From contig CAZPFD010000003.1 of NCBI GenBank assembly GCA_964585725.1, positions 1 through 44,574 of the forward strand: DNA of 44,574 nt, read 5' to 3'. The notes under the pieces were generated by a model. That model did no database searches. It saw only the letters and a list, made by a program, of their open reading frames with translations, and had not been told where the DNA came from. Shown here one piece after another: positions 1 to 10,452 of the stretch; position 1 is the stretch's first letter, and each line of letters opens with the position of its first letter. The DNA comes from an uncultured Ectothiorhodospiraceae bacterium (GTDB lineage: Bacteria; Pseudomonadota; Gammaproteobacteria; HK1). The position numbers and the translations under genes are program-made.

Positions 1-133
1 TTCGGGGCTTGCGACGAGGAGGCGCATACCCCGGGACCCAGCCTCGGCCCGACGACCCCCCATTTCCCGGAAATCCGCGAAGAATCCCGACGCTCCCCGC
101 CCCTCTCGGAGTCCGGGGGCGTGCCGCGGCGGA

Positions 134-877
134 TCAATGCATGTGCAGCCCGCCGTTGATGGCCAGGTTGGCGCCGGTGATGTAGCCGGACTCCTCGCGC
201 GCCAGGAAGGCGACCAGGTCCGCGACCTCCTCCGGCTCGCCGAGCCTGCCCACCGGCACCTGGGCCACGATCTTGTTCAGCACCTCCTCGGCGACGCTGG
301 CCACCATCTCCGTGGCGATGTAGCCCGGTGAGATGGTATTCACGGTGATCCCTTTCTTCGCCACCTCCTGAGCCAGCGCCATGGTGAAGCCGTGCATGCC
401 CGCCTTGGCGGCCGAGTAGTTCGTCTGCCCGAACTGGCCCTTCTGGCCGTTCACCGACGAGATGTTGATGATGCGTCCGAACCCGCCTTCGAGCATGCCG
501 TTGATGATCACGCGGGTCACGTTGAAAACGCTGTCCAGGTTCGTGCTCATCACCGCGTCCCACTGCTCCTTCTCCATCTTCCGAAACGTGGCGTCGCGGG
601 TGATCCCGGCGCAGTTGACCAGGATGTGCACGGGGCCGAGCTCCTGGGAGAGCTCGTGCGCCATCTTCTGGCAGGCTTCGAAGTCGGCGACGTCACCTTC
701 CACCAGCGTGAACTCGTAGCCGTCCGCGCGCGCCTGCTCCTGCCACTGGGTGGCCTTGTCCTTGCGCGACGCGCGATAGGGTGAAACCACTCGATGTCCG
801 TGGTCCGCGAGACGCCGGCAGATGGCGCTGCCGATGCCGCCCGTTCCCCCGGTAACCAACGCCAGTCTCTGTGTCAT
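134..877 (-). CDS. phaB: acetoacetyl-CoA reductase (NADPH-dependent SDR, PHA synthesis)
   Basis: 247-aa ORF. Rossmann motif TGGTGGIGSAI near the N-terminus, SDR catalytic YSAAK, C-terminal GANLAINGGLHM typical of PhaB. Adjacent to phaR. Confidence 0.85.
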   Translation of the reverse strand: MTQRLALVTGGTGGIGSAICRRLADHGHRVVSPYRASRKDKATQWQEQARADGYEFTLVEGDVADFEACQKMAHELSQELGPVHILVNCAGITRDATFRKMEKEQWDAVMSTNLDSVFNVTRVIINGMLEGGFGRIINISSVNGQKGQFGQTNYSAAKAGMHGFTMALAQEVAKKGITVNTISPGYIATEMVASVAEEVLNKIVAQVPVGRLGEPEEVADLVAFLAREESGYITGANLAINGGLHMH

Positions 878-1093
878 GGCTTCCTCCTCTCCCGCGGTGG
901 GATGTGCGGGACGTCCCTTGTTGTCGGGCCCGCGGCTGCGACGGTGCTCGGCGCGGGCGCTTTGGCGGGATTTTAATCGGGTGGGCGCAAGCCCGCGACC
1001 GTGCGCACACGGACGCGCGACGGCGTCGGCCCGCGGGCAAGCGAACCTCCGCGACAGCCGCCGGCGCGACGACGCCCGGGCGGGTCGGCGCGC

Positions 1094-1633
1094 TCAGGAG
1101 CCGCGTCCGGAACGCTCGTCCCTGCGCTTCGGCTTCGGGGTCGACTGCGGTGTGTCCGGCGGCTCCGCCTCTTTGTCTCGCCGCGAGGGGGCCGCGTGGA
1201 AGAAGCTGTCCTGCATCTCCTTCCAGAGGGCCAGGTTGCGCTCCGTGATGTCGCGCATGACGGTGAACGGATCGCTCACCATCGCGTTCTGCATGCGATC
1301 GCGCAACCGATGCTGCTGCTCGACGAAGAGTTTGAGGCTCTTCTCCAGATAGCTCGTGATCATCCCCTGGAGGGTATCACCGTAGAAGCGAATGATCTGC
1401 TCGAGCGCTTCCGTGGTGAACATCGGCTGCCCGTCTTCCTCCTGCTCGATGATGATCTGGAGCAGAATGGTCCGGGTGATGTCCTCATCGGTCTTTGAAT
1501 CGACGACCTTGAACTCGTTATGGTCGAGCACCAGATGACGAACATCCTCCAGGGTGATGTAGCGGCTGAGCGTGGTGTCGTACAGGCGGCGATTCGGGTA
1601 CTTCTTGATGATTCTGGGCTCACTCACGGCCAA
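1094..1633 (-). CDS. phaR: polyhydroxyalkanoate synthesis repressor PhaR
   Basis: 179 aa. N-terminal IKKYPNRRLYDTTLSRYITLEDV is the PhaR DNA-binding signature. Basic/acidic C-terminal tail. Confidence 0.85.
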   Translation of the reverse strand: MAVSEPRIIKKYPNRRLYDTTLSRYITLEDVRHLVLDHNEFKVVDSKTDEDITRTILLQIIIEQEEDGQPMFTTEALEQIIRFYGDTLQGMITSYLEKSLKLFVEQQHRLRDRMQNAMVSDPFTVMRDITERNLALWKEMQDSFFHAAPSRRDKEAEPPDTPQSTPKPKRRDERSGRGS

Positions 1634-2019
1634 AGGCTCTCGACTGGGTTGGCGGCTGCAATGTCACGGTGACGTCGGCGCGCCCGGCTCCGCCGTCGAG
1701 ACCGCGCTCGCCTTGCGGGCCGCGACGCGTTCGAAGCGGCACCCCGTCATGCTACCGCGTCTGGCGCGAAACTTCCTTCCTTGCCGGCCGCTATAAGCGC
1801 CTCCAGCGCTGCTAGAATGCCATAAAGCCGCCGCCCCCGGCCTCCACCTCCCTGCCTCGCAGGGGCGGCACGGCCGTCTCTCCCGCCGGCGGCGCGGCCA
1901 CGGATGCCCGCCGCCGCGAGCCGGGCTGTGCGGGGAGCGAGCCGTGCGAACAGGCGCTCCCCGCGCCGGTCCTATGAGACAGGGCGCCACCGCGCGGCAG
2001 CAGCAACGGAGCAACGCCG

Positions 2020-4494
2020 ATGCACTGGCTCGTGTGGTTGATAGGAACGATCGTTCTGGCCGCAGCACTGGGCGCGCTGCGCGCGCCGCTGCGCCTGTGG
2101 ACCGCCGCCGCGGGAGCGTGGCTCGTCCTGTGGACGCTGGCGGTGCAGCCGGGGCCGGGCGCCCTGGGCCTGGTTTGGGGGTTGTTCGCGCTGGTGGCGC
2201 TGGGGCTCAACGTGGCGCCGTGCCGGCGGGCGGTGGTGGTTCGGCCCGCGCTGCGGCTGCTGCGCCGGGTGCTGCCCCCGCTCTCCGACACCGAGCGCGA
2301 GGCCATCGACGCGGGCACCGTGTGGTGGGACGGCGAGCTGTTCAGCGGCGACCCCGACTGGCGGCGCCTTCTCTCCGTGCCCCCGGCCGCTCTGACCTCC
2401 GACGAGCAGGCGTTTCTCGACGGCCCGGTCGAGGAGCTCTGCCGGATGATCGACGACTGGAGCATCACCCACGAGCTCGAGGGCATCCCCGACGATCTGT
2501 GGGCCTTCCTCAGGCGCCACCGCTTCTTCGGCATGATCATCCCCAAGGCGTACGGGGGCCTCGAGTTCTCGGCCCTGGCCCACTCCGCCGTGGTGATGAA
2601 GGTGTGCAGCCGCAGTCCCACTGCCGGCGTGATCGTCATGGTCCCCAACTCGCTCGGCCCTGCGGAGCTGCTGCTCGAGTACGGCACGCAGGCGCAGAAG
2701 GACTACTACCTGCCGCGCCTCGCCCGGGGCGAGGAGATACCGTGCTTCGCCCTCACCGGACCGCGCGCGGGCAGCGACGCCGGCGCCATGACCGACACCG
2801 GCGTGGTGTGCCGCGGCACGTTCGGCGGCGAGAAGGATGTCCTCGGCATCCGCCTGAACTGGGACAAGCGCTACATCACGCTGGCCCCGGTGGCGAGCCT
2901 GCTCGGCCTGGCGTTCAAGCTCTACGACCCGGAGCACCTCCTGGGTGATCGGGAAGCGCTGGGCATCACCGTGGCGCTGGTGCCCACGGATGCGCCCGGA
3001 GTCGGCATCGGCGAGCGCCATCGTCCCCTGGGCATGGCCTTCTACAACGGGCCCACGACGGGCAAGGACGTGTTCATCCCCCTCGATGGGATCATCGGGG
3101 GACCCGCCATGGCGGGGAAGGGATGGACCATGCTCATGAACGCGCTGGCCGCCGGACGGTCGATCTCGCTGCCCGCGCTCAGCACGGCCTCCGCCAAGAT
3201 GGCGGCGCGCATGACCGGCGCCTACGCCCGGGTGCGGCACCAGTTCGGCGTGCCCATCGGCGAGTTCGAGGGCGTGCAGGAGGTGCTCGCCCCGATCGCC
3301 GGACAGACCTACCTGATGGATGCCGCCCGCAGCCTCACCGCCGGCGCCGTGGATCGAGGCGAGAAGCCGGCAGTGCTCTCCGCCGTCGTCAAGTATCACC
3401 TGACCGAGCGCATGCGCGACATCATCAACGGCGCCATGGACGTGCACGGCGGCAAGACCATCTGCCAGGGTCCGCGCAACTACCTCGCCCGCGGCTATCT
3501 GGGGTTGCCCGTGGCGATCACCGTCGAGGGCGCGAATATCCTGAGCCGCAGCATGATCATCTTCGGCCAGGGAGCCATCCGCTCCCACCCGTACGTGCTC
3601 CGGGAGATGACTGCCGCCGCCGACGCCGACGAACGCCGCGCGGTGCGCGAGCTCGACGCGGCGTTGTGCGCCCACACCCGCCACGCCCTCGCGAACCTGA
3701 TGCGCACGCCGCTGCTCGCGCTCAGCGGCGCACGCCTCGCCGCGGCACCGGTGGGCGGCCCCGGTGCCCGCTACTACCGCCAGCTCACCCGCCTGAGCGC
3801 CACGCTGGCGCTGCTGACCGACGTGAGCCTGTTGCTCCTCGGCGGCAAGCTCAAGCGCATGGAGGGGCTCTCGGCGCGCCTGGGCGACGTGCTGAGTCAG
3901 CTCTACCTGGCGTCGGCCGCCCTCAAGCGCTTCGAGGACCAGGGCCGCCCCCGCGAGGACGAGCCGCTCTTGCACTGGGCATGCCAGGACGCGCTGGTAC
4001 GCGCACAAGAGGCCCTGGACGGCTTTCTGCGCAACTTTCCCCAGCGTCCCGTGGCGGCGCTGCTGCGCGCGCTGGTGTTTCCGCTCGGCCGGCCTTACAC
4101 ACCGCCCGCCGACCGCCTGGGTGCGCGCCTCGCACGCCTGCTGCAGACCCCGGGCGAGGCGCGCGATCGCCTGACCGCGGGGCTGTTCGTCCCGGACAGC
4201 AGCGACCCGAGCGGCGCTGTAGAGAAAGCGCTCCTGGAGACGGTGGCGGTCGAGCCCGCCGCCCGCAAGCTGAGAGCAGGGCTGAAGGACGGAACGGTGC
4301 AAAGCGAAGAGCCTTACGCGCGCATCGACGAGGCCCTGGGCGCAGGGATCCTCTCCCCGCAGGAAGCCGACCAGCTGCGTGCCGCCGAGAAGGCCCGCGA
4401 CGAAGCGATACGAGTCGATGCGTTCGCACCCGCATCCTTCGGACGCGAGGCAGGATCCCCGGCGGCGCCGCCCCTGCGCGCCGCCCGCCATTAA
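2020..4494 (+). CDS. fadE: large membrane-anchored acyl-CoA dehydrogenase (FadE type)
   Basis: 824 aa. Hydrophobic N-terminus followed by LSDTEREAIDAGTVWWDGELFSGDPDW, which parallels the E. coli FadE N-terminal region. ACAD core follows. Divergent from phaR. Confidence 0.9.
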   Translation: MHWLVWLIGTIVLAAALGALRAPLRLWTAAAGAWLVLWTLAVQPGPGALGLVWGLFALVALGLNVAPCRRAVVVRPALRLLRRVLPPLSDTEREAIDAGTVWWDGELFSGDPDWRRLLSVPPAALTSDEQAFLDGPVEELCRMIDDWSITHELEGIPDDLWAFLRRHRFFGMIIPKAYGGLEFSALAHSAVVMKVCSRSPTAGVIVMVPNSLGPAELLLEYGTQAQKDYYLPRLARGEEIPCFALTGPRAGSDAGAMTDTGVVCRGTFGGEKDVLGIRLNWDKRYITLAPVASLLGLAFKLYDPEHLLGDREALGITVALVPTDAPGVGIGERHRPLGMAFYNGPTTGKDVFIPLDGIIGGPAMAGKGWTMLMNALAAGRSISLPALSTASAKMAARMTGAYARVRHQFGVPIGEFEGVQEVLAPIAGQTYLMDAARSLTAGAVDRGEKPAVLSAVVKYHLTERMRDIINGAMDVHGGKTICQGPRNYLARGYLGLPVAITVEGANILSRSMIIFGQGAIRSHPYVLREMTAAADADERRAVRELDAALCAHTRHALANLMRTPLLALSGARLAAAPVGGPGARYYRQLTRLSATLALLTDVSLLLLGGKLKRMEGLSARLGDVLSQLYLASAALKRFEDQGRPREDEPLLHWACQDALVRAQEALDGFLRNFPQRPVAALLRALVFPLGRPYTPPADRLGARLARLLQTPGEARDRLTAGLFVPDSSDPSGAVEKALLETVAVEPAARKLRAGLKDGTVQSEEPYARIDEALGAGILSPQEADQLRAAEKARDEAIRVDAFAPASFGREAGSPAAPPLRAARH

Positions 4495-4557
4495 GCTCGC
4501 CAGCGCTCGAAACCTTAAACTCTGGACGTCTCAATCACGACGAGCACACGCCACCCG

Positions 4558-6939
4558 ATGCACACGCCTGAAGCTCGCACGCACATCCGCCGGGCGGCGG
4601 TCCTCGGCGCTGGTGTCATGGGCGCTCAGATCGCCGCCCACCTGGCCAACGCCCGCGTGGACGTGGCGCTCTTCGAGCTCCCCGCCGAAGAGGGCGAGAC
4701 GAGCGCACACGCGAAACGCGCCATTGCGGCATTGTCCAGGCTCGAGCCGAGCCCCCTGGCGACGGCCGACCGCGCGCGCCACATCCGAGCCGCAAACTAC
4801 GCCGAGGATCTGCCGCTCCTGGCCGGCTGCGATCTGATCATCGAGGCCATCGCCGAGCGGCTGGATTTGAAGACGGATCTGTATCAGCGCGTGGCCCCCC
4901 ATCTCGGACCGCGGGCGCTGCTGGCGAGCAACACGTCGGGGCTCAGCATCAACCGGCTCTCGGAGGCCCTGCCGCCCGAGATCCGCGAGCGCTTCTGCGG
5001 CGTGCATTTCTTCAACCCGCCGCGCTACATGCATCTGGTGGAGCTCGTGCCCGCATCGGCCACCCGCCCCGAGGTGCTCGGGCAGCTCGAGCGCTTCCTG
5101 GTGTCGACGCTCGGCAAGGGGGTTATCCGCGCCAAGGACACGCCCAACTTCATCGCCAACCGCGTGGGCGTGTTCGCCATGCTCGCGGCGCTGCACCACG
5201 CCGAGCAGCTCGGGATCGCCCCGGACGTGGTGGATGCGCTCACCGGCCCCGCCATCGGACGGCCGAAGACGGCCACCTTTCGGACGGCGGATCTGGTGGG
5301 GCTGGATACGCTCAGCTACGTGGTCAGCACCATGTCGCAGCAGCTACGCGACGATCCCTGGCATCCGCGCTACGGGCTCCCGGCGTGGCTCGAGGAGCTC
5401 GTCGCCCAGGGCGCACTCGGGCGGAAGTCCGGCCGCGGCGTCTACCGCAAAACGCCCGAGGGGATCCAGGTGCTGGATCCGCAGCGCGGCGAATACCGCC
5501 CCGTGCAGCCGCAGGCGGACCCCGCGGTGCAGGCGCTTCTGGAGGCGGGCGGTCCCGGCGCACAGCTCGCCGGGCTGCGCGAGAACGAGCACCCCCAGGC
5601 CCGGTTCCTGTGGTCGTGCTTTCGCGACTTGTTCCACTACGGCGCGGTGCACCTCACGGACATCGCCGAGAGCGTGCGCGACGTGGACCTCGCCCTGCGC
5701 TGGGGCTTCGGATGGCAGCGCGGTCCCTTCGAGCTGTGGCAGCTCGCCGGCTGGCGGCGCGTGTGCGGCTGGCTGCGCGAGGACATCGACGCGGGCCGAG
5801 CCCTGGCCGGCGCGCCCTTGCCGGGCTGGGTGGACGAGGTCGGCGACGAGGGCCCCTACGGCCCGGAAGGGGCGTTCGCCCCGCGGGCGCGCGCCTACCG
5901 CCCGCGCTCACGGCTCGAGGTCTATCGCCGCCAGATCATGCCGGATCCGGTCCCGGGCGAGCCCACGGAACTGGGAGAGACCGTGTTCGAAACCGATGCG
6001 GTGCGGCTGTGGCACACCGCCGACGGCGTGGCGGTGCTGAGCTTCAAGACCAAGATGCACACCATCGGCGATGCCGTGCTGGAGGGCATTCGCGAGGCCG
6101 TTACCGCGGCCGAAGCCGACTTCCGCGCCCTCGTGCTGTGGCACCCGCAGGAGCCGTTCAGTGCCGGCGCCAACCTGAAGGAATTCGCCCCCGTGGTGGA
6201 GGCGGGCGACTTCGAGCGGATCGATGCCGCGGTCGCGAAATTCCAGGCCACCTCGCTCGCCCTGCGCGACGCCATGGTGCCCGTGGTCGCCGCCGCGCGC
6301 GGGCTCGCGCTCGGGGGTGGCTGCGAGCTGCTGCTGCACTGCGACCGGGTGGTGGCGGCGCTCGAAAGCTACGTCGGTCTGGTGGAAGCCGGGGTCGGTC
6401 TGGTGCCGGCCGGCGGCGGCTGCAAGGCGCTGGCGGTGCGCGCGGCCCACGAGGCCAGGGGGGGCGACCCGTTCCCCTTCATCCAGGGCTACTTCAAGCG
6501 CGTGGGCATGGCGGAGGTGGCGCGCAGCGCCGAGCAGGCCAAGGAGTACGGCTACCTGCGGGAGAGCGACCCGGTGGTGTTCAATGCGCACGAGATCCTG
6601 CACGTCGCCAAATGGCAGGCGCTGGCGCTCGCCGAAACTGCGTACAGACCGCCGACACCGCCGCGGGAGACGCCGGTGGCCGGCGCGAGCGGGATCGCCA
6701 CACTGCAGTCGGCACTGGTGAACATGCGCGAGGGTGGCTTCATCTCCGAGCACGATTTCGAGATCGGCGGCTGGATCGCACACGTCCTGTGCGGCGGGGA
6801 CGTGCCCGCGGGAACCCCGGTGGAGGAGGAGTGGCTGCTCGCCCTGGAGCGCAAGGCGTTCGTCGCCCTGCTGCGCACGGCGAAGACCCGCGAGCGCATC
6901 GCGCACACGCTGAAGACGGGCAAGCCGCTCAGAAACTGA
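4558..6939 (+). CDS. bifunctional 3-hydroxyacyl-CoA dehydrogenase / enoyl-CoA hydratase (dehydrogenase-first, FadN-like order)
   Basis: 793 aa. NAD-binding VLGAGVMGAQIAAHLA, 3HCDH motif HFFNPPRYM, C-terminal crotonase-fold segment FSAGANLKEF. Confidence 0.85.
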   Translation: MHTPEARTHIRRAAVLGAGVMGAQIAAHLANARVDVALFELPAEEGETSAHAKRAIAALSRLEPSPLATADRARHIRAANYAEDLPLLAGCDLIIEAIAERLDLKTDLYQRVAPHLGPRALLASNTSGLSINRLSEALPPEIRERFCGVHFFNPPRYMHLVELVPASATRPEVLGQLERFLVSTLGKGVIRAKDTPNFIANRVGVFAMLAALHHAEQLGIAPDVVDALTGPAIGRPKTATFRTADLVGLDTLSYVVSTMSQQLRDDPWHPRYGLPAWLEELVAQGALGRKSGRGVYRKTPEGIQVLDPQRGEYRPVQPQADPAVQALLEAGGPGAQLAGLRENEHPQARFLWSCFRDLFHYGAVHLTDIAESVRDVDLALRWGFGWQRGPFELWQLAGWRRVCGWLREDIDAGRALAGAPLPGWVDEVGDEGPYGPEGAFAPRARAYRPRSRLEVYRRQIMPDPVPGEPTELGETVFETDAVRLWHTADGVAVLSFKTKMHTIGDAVLEGIREAVTAAEADFRALVLWHPQEPFSAGANLKEFAPVVEAGDFERIDAAVAKFQATSLALRDAMVPVVAAARGLALGGGCELLLHCDRVVAALESYVGLVEAGVGLVPAGGGCKALAVRAAHEARGGDPFPFIQGYFKRVGMAEVARSAEQAKEYGYLRESDPVVFNAHEILHVAKWQALALAETAYRPPTPPRETPVAGASGIATLQSALVNMREGGFISEHDFEIGGWIAHVLCGGDVPAGTPVEEEWLLALERKAFVALLRTAKTRERIAHTLKTGKPLRN

Positions 6940-6960
6940 CGGAACCACCGGCCGTCACGG

Positions 6961-7027
6961 GCGCCAGGGGTCAGGTCTTGCAATGCCACATTGGCGATGT
7001 GGCATTGCAAGACCTGACCCCTGGCGC
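6961..7027. repeat. 67-nt near-perfect palindrome (about 31-bp stem) between the dehydrogenase/hydratase gene and the thiolase gene
   Basis: GCGCCAGGGGTCAGGTCTTGCAATGCCACAT..ATGTGGCATTGCAAGACCTGACCCCTGGCGC. I paired 6961 with 7027 inward by hand and found only one G-T wobble next to the apex. Confidence 0.9.
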
Positions 7028-7137
7028 GCCGAAAGACGCGGAGCCTCGGAGCCCTAAGCAAGGGCCGCCGCCGCGGGAGACGAGACAAACTAACCGTTGG
7101 ACGATGATCAGATTGTCACTGGCGAATCAGCAGCTCA

Positions 7138-8340
7138 ATGACGATGGCTAGACAGATCCAAGACGCATACGTGGTCGCCGCCGTGCGCACGCCGGTGGGC
7201 AAGGCCCCGCGCGGCGTGTTCCGCGCCACCCGCCCGGACGACCTGCTGGCCCACGTCATCCGCGGCGCGCTGGCGCGCTGCCCCGGGCTCGAACCCCGCG
7301 CCGTCGACGATGTCATCGCCGGCTGCGCCATGCCGGAGGCCGAGCAGGGGCTGAACGTGGCGCGCGTCGCGCTGCTGCTCGCGGGCCTGCCGGACTCGGT
7401 GCCCGGGGTCACGGTGAACCGCTTCTGCGCCTCCGGGCTGGAGGCGGTTGCGCAGGCGGCCAACCGCATCCGGCTCGGCGAAGCGGACGTCGTCATCGCC
7501 GCCGGCACCGAGAGCATGAGCCTCATCCCCATGGGGGGGCATCGCATGGCCGTCAATCCGCGGGTGTTCCGCGACGAGAACGTGGCCATCGCCTACGGAA
7601 TGGGGATCACGGCGGAGAAGGTCGCCGAGCGCTGGCAGGTCAGCCGCGAGGACCAGGATCGGTTCGCGCTGGAGAGCCACCGCCGCGCCGTGGAGGCCAC
7701 GCGCGACGCACGCTTCGCCGACGAGATCCTTCCCTACCCGGTGGTCGCCGCCCGCCCCGATGCCGCGCGCGGCGAGGTGAGCACCACGACCCGCGAGGTG
7801 GCGCAGGACGAGGGGCCGCGCTCGGATACGTCCCTGGAGGCGCTGGCCAAGCTCTCGCCGGTGTTCGCGCGCAAGGGCAGCGTCACCGCCGGCAACAGCT
7901 CGCAGATGAGCGACGGGGCCGCAGCCGTGGTTCTCGCCGGCGAGAGTGCGCTGAAGACCCATGGGCTCACGCCGCTGGCGCGCTTTCGCGGCTATGCGGT
8001 GATCGGCGTGCCCCCCGAGATCATGGGCATCGGGCCGAAGGAAGCCGTGCCCCGGGCCCTCGCCCGAACCGGGGTCCGCCAGCAGGATCTGGACTGGGTC
8101 GAGCTGAACGAGGCCTTCGCCGCCCAGAGCCTCGCGGTGATCCGCGATCTGGGGCTGGATCCCGAGCGCGTGAACCCCCAGGGCGGCGCCATCGCCCTCG
8201 GCCATCCGCTGGGCGCCACCGGCGCCATCCGCACGGCGACCCTGGTGCACGGGCTGCGCCGCAGCGGCGGGCGCTACGGCATGGTCACCATGTGCGTGGG
8301 AACGGGCATGGGCGCGGCGGGCATCTTCGAGGCGGTGTGA
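7138..8340 (+). CDS. fadA: acetyl-CoA C-acyltransferase (3-ketoacyl-CoA thiolase)
   Basis: 400 aa. Active-site region NRFCASGLEAV, then NEAFAAQ, GGAIALGHPLGATGA and CVGTGMG thiolase signatures. Confidence 0.9.
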   Translation: MTMARQIQDAYVVAAVRTPVGKAPRGVFRATRPDDLLAHVIRGALARCPGLEPRAVDDVIAGCAMPEAEQGLNVARVALLLAGLPDSVPGVTVNRFCASGLEAVAQAANRIRLGEADVVIAAGTESMSLIPMGGHRMAVNPRVFRDENVAIAYGMGITAEKVAERWQVSREDQDRFALESHRRAVEATRDARFADEILPYPVVAARPDAARGEVSTTTREVAQDEGPRSDTSLEALAKLSPVFARKGSVTAGNSSQMSDGAAAVVLAGESALKTHGLTPLARFRGYAVIGVPPEIMGIGPKEAVPRALARTGVRQQDLDWVELNEAFAAQSLAVIRDLGLDPERVNPQGGAIALGHPLGATGAIRTATLVHGLRRSGGRYGMVTMCVGTGMGAAGIFEAV

Positions 8341-8371
8341 CCGGCGCCGCCGGACGGCGTAGAGGGCAACG

Positions 8372-10345
8372 ATGGAGAGTCTGTGGAACGACGCCGAGGC
8401 CGCCCGCTTCGAGGGCGAGATCGGCTTGCGCGTGTACACCTCGCGGCTGCTCGGTCGCGAGCCGTCGCTGGTCCTGCACGGCGGCGGCAACACCTCCGTG
8501 AAGATCCGGGAGACGAATCTGCTCGGCGAGGAGGAGACCATCCTCTACGTCAAGGGCAGCGGCTGGGATCTGGAGACCATCGAGGCGGCCGGTTTCTCGC
8601 CCGTGCGCCTGGAGCATCTGCGCAGGCTGCTGCACCTGCGGTCGCTGTCGGACTCCGAGATGGTGAATCAGCTGCGCACGCACATGACCCGCGCCTCGGC
8701 CCCGACGCCCTCGGTGGAGGCGCTCCTGCACGCATTGCTGCCGCATCGCTACGTGGACCACACGCACGCCGACGCGGTGCTCACCCTGACCAATACACCG
8801 AGCGGGCCGGAGCACGCGCGGGAGGTGTACGGCGACGACGTGGTCGTCATCCCCTACACGATGCCGGGCTTCGAGCTCGCACGCCTGTGCGCGCAGCGCA
8901 TCCCCGAGGACATGCACGAGCGCACTCTCGGCATCGTCCTCATGAACCACGGGATCTTCTCTTTCGGCGACACCGCGCGAGAGTCCTACGAGCGCATGAT
9001 CGAGCTCGTGACCCGCGCCGAAAGCTACCTCGCGGCCCGCGACGCCTGGAACCTGCCCGAGCCGAGACCCGAACCGAAGCCGCAAGCGCAGGGGCGGGAG
9101 ATCGCCGCGCTGCGCCGCGCGATCTCCGACACCGCGGGCGCGCCCATGATCCTCTCGGTGCACGGCGAGGCGCGCAGCATGGGCTTCGTGCAGCGCGGGG
9201 ATCTGGATCGCATCGCCCGGCAAGGCCCCGTCACGCCCGATCACGTCATCCGCACCAAGCGCCTGCCGCTTCTGGGCCGCGATGTGCGCGCCTACGCCGC
9301 AGACTACGAGGCCTACTTTCACGAGCAGAGCCGGCGTGCGGACCGCGGCCTGGCCATGCTCGACCCGGGGCCGCGGGTGGTGCTCGACCCCGAGCTTGGC
9401 GTATGCACGGCGGGGCGCACGGCCAGGGACGCAAGGGTCGTAGCGGACATCTACCGCCACACCATGGACGTGATCGAGCGCGCCGAGCGCCTCGAGCGCT
9501 ATCAGGCGCTGTCCGCTGAGGACATCTTCGACGTCGAGTACTGGGATCTCGAGCAGGCCAAGCTGCGCCGCGGCGGCGAGCCGCCGCCGTTCGCGGGCGA
9601 GGTGGCGCTGGTCACGGGCGCGGCCTCGGGCATCGGGAAGGCGTGCACCGAGGCCCTGCTGGCGCGCGGAGCGGCCGTAGCCGGATGCGACCTGAGCGCG
9701 AGCGTGTGCGCGCTCCGTGAGGATCCCGGCTTCCTGGGCCTCACCTGCGACGTGACCCGGCCGGAGCAGATGCACGACGCGCTGGAGCGGACCGTGCGCG
9801 CCTTCGGGGGCCTGGACATGGTGATCCTCAACGCCGGCGTGTTTCCCGCCACTCACGCCATCGCCTCGATGCCCGTGGAGGAGTGGCGCGCCGCCATGGC
9901 GGTCAACGCCGAGGCCAACCTGCTGCTCATGCAGGCGACCCACCCACTGCTCAAGCTGAGCCCGCGCGGCGGGCGCGTGGTGATCATCGGCTCCAAGAAC
10001 GTTCCCGCCCCCGGCCCCGGAGCGGCGGCCTACTCCGCCTCCAAGGCCGCCCTCAACCAGCTCGCCCGAATCGCCGCTCTCGAGTGGGGCCGCGACCGCA
10101 TCCGCGTCAACGTCGTGCACCCGAACGCCGTCTTCGACACCGCCATCTGGACCGAAGAGGTGCTGGCTTCGCGCGCGGCGCAGTACGGGCTCACCGCGGA
10201 GGAGTACCGGCGCAAGAACGTCCTGGGCGTGGAGGTGACCAGCCGCCACGTGGCGGAGCTCGCCGCGGAGATGTGCGGTCCGTTGTTCTCGCGCACGACG
10301 GGGGCGCAGCTGCCCGTGGACGGCGGCAACGAGCGCGTGATCTAG
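8372..10345 (+). CDS. bifunctional class II aldolase/adducin-domain protein fused to a short-chain dehydrogenase
   Basis: 657 aa. The N-terminal ~400 aa are aldolase-like. The C-terminal SDR has VTGAASGIGKA and YSASKAA. Confidence 0.8.
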   Translation: MESLWNDAEAARFEGEIGLRVYTSRLLGREPSLVLHGGGNTSVKIRETNLLGEEETILYVKGSGWDLETIEAAGFSPVRLEHLRRLLHLRSLSDSEMVNQLRTHMTRASAPTPSVEALLHALLPHRYVDHTHADAVLTLTNTPSGPEHAREVYGDDVVVIPYTMPGFELARLCAQRIPEDMHERTLGIVLMNHGIFSFGDTARESYERMIELVTRAESYLAARDAWNLPEPRPEPKPQAQGREIAALRRAISDTAGAPMILSVHGEARSMGFVQRGDLDRIARQGPVTPDHVIRTKRLPLLGRDVRAYAADYEAYFHEQSRRADRGLAMLDPGPRVVLDPELGVCTAGRTARDARVVADIYRHTMDVIERAERLERYQALSAEDIFDVEYWDLEQAKLRRGGEPPPFAGEVALVTGAASGIGKACTEALLARGAAVAGCDLSASVCALREDPGFLGLTCDVTRPEQMHDALERTVRAFGGLDMVILNAGVFPATHAIASMPVEEWRAAMAVNAEANLLLMQATHPLLKLSPRGGRVVIIGSKNVPAPGPGAAAYSASKAALNQLARIAALEWGRDRIRVNVVHPNAVFDTAIWTEEVLASRAAQYGLTAEEYRRKNVLGVEVTSRHVAELAAEMCGPLFSRTTGAQLPVDGGNERVI

Positions 10346-10452
10346 CCCGCATCTCGCATCGGCTCGCGCCGTAGCGTATCGCCGCGCCCCTGCCCGTCCG
10401 CATCACGGAAAGCCCACGGTGGTCTAAAGCGGGGCGATCGCGTGCCGAGAAA

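Noticed and set aside
62-74. Palindrome ATTTCC-C-GGAAAT and a GC hairpin (about 96-120) downstream of phaB. A possible 9-codon gene start at position 27 (-) runs off the window.
   Set aside because: The features are too short and no T-tract follows the hairpin. The putative gene start cannot be evaluated from 27 nt.
1663-1673. 11-bp palindrome GTCAC-G-GTGAC located 30 nt upstream of phaR, a possible PhaR operator.
   Set aside because: A short dyad in a GC-rich region could occur by chance. I know of no PhaR consensus that it matches.
1972-4491. 839-aa ORF on the minus strand opposite fadE. Similar long shadow ORFs lie at 8285-10249 (-), 15903-17375 (-), 25607-27823 (+), 30400-32988 (+), 42823-44226 (+), 5385-7151 (+) and 3123-4571 (+).
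   Set aside because: Each lies antisense or out of frame to a gene with strong family motifs. The translations are Arg/Ala/Gly/Pro-rich low-complexity strings with no recognisable motifs. This is the expected artefact of stop-codon depletion in high-GC DNA.
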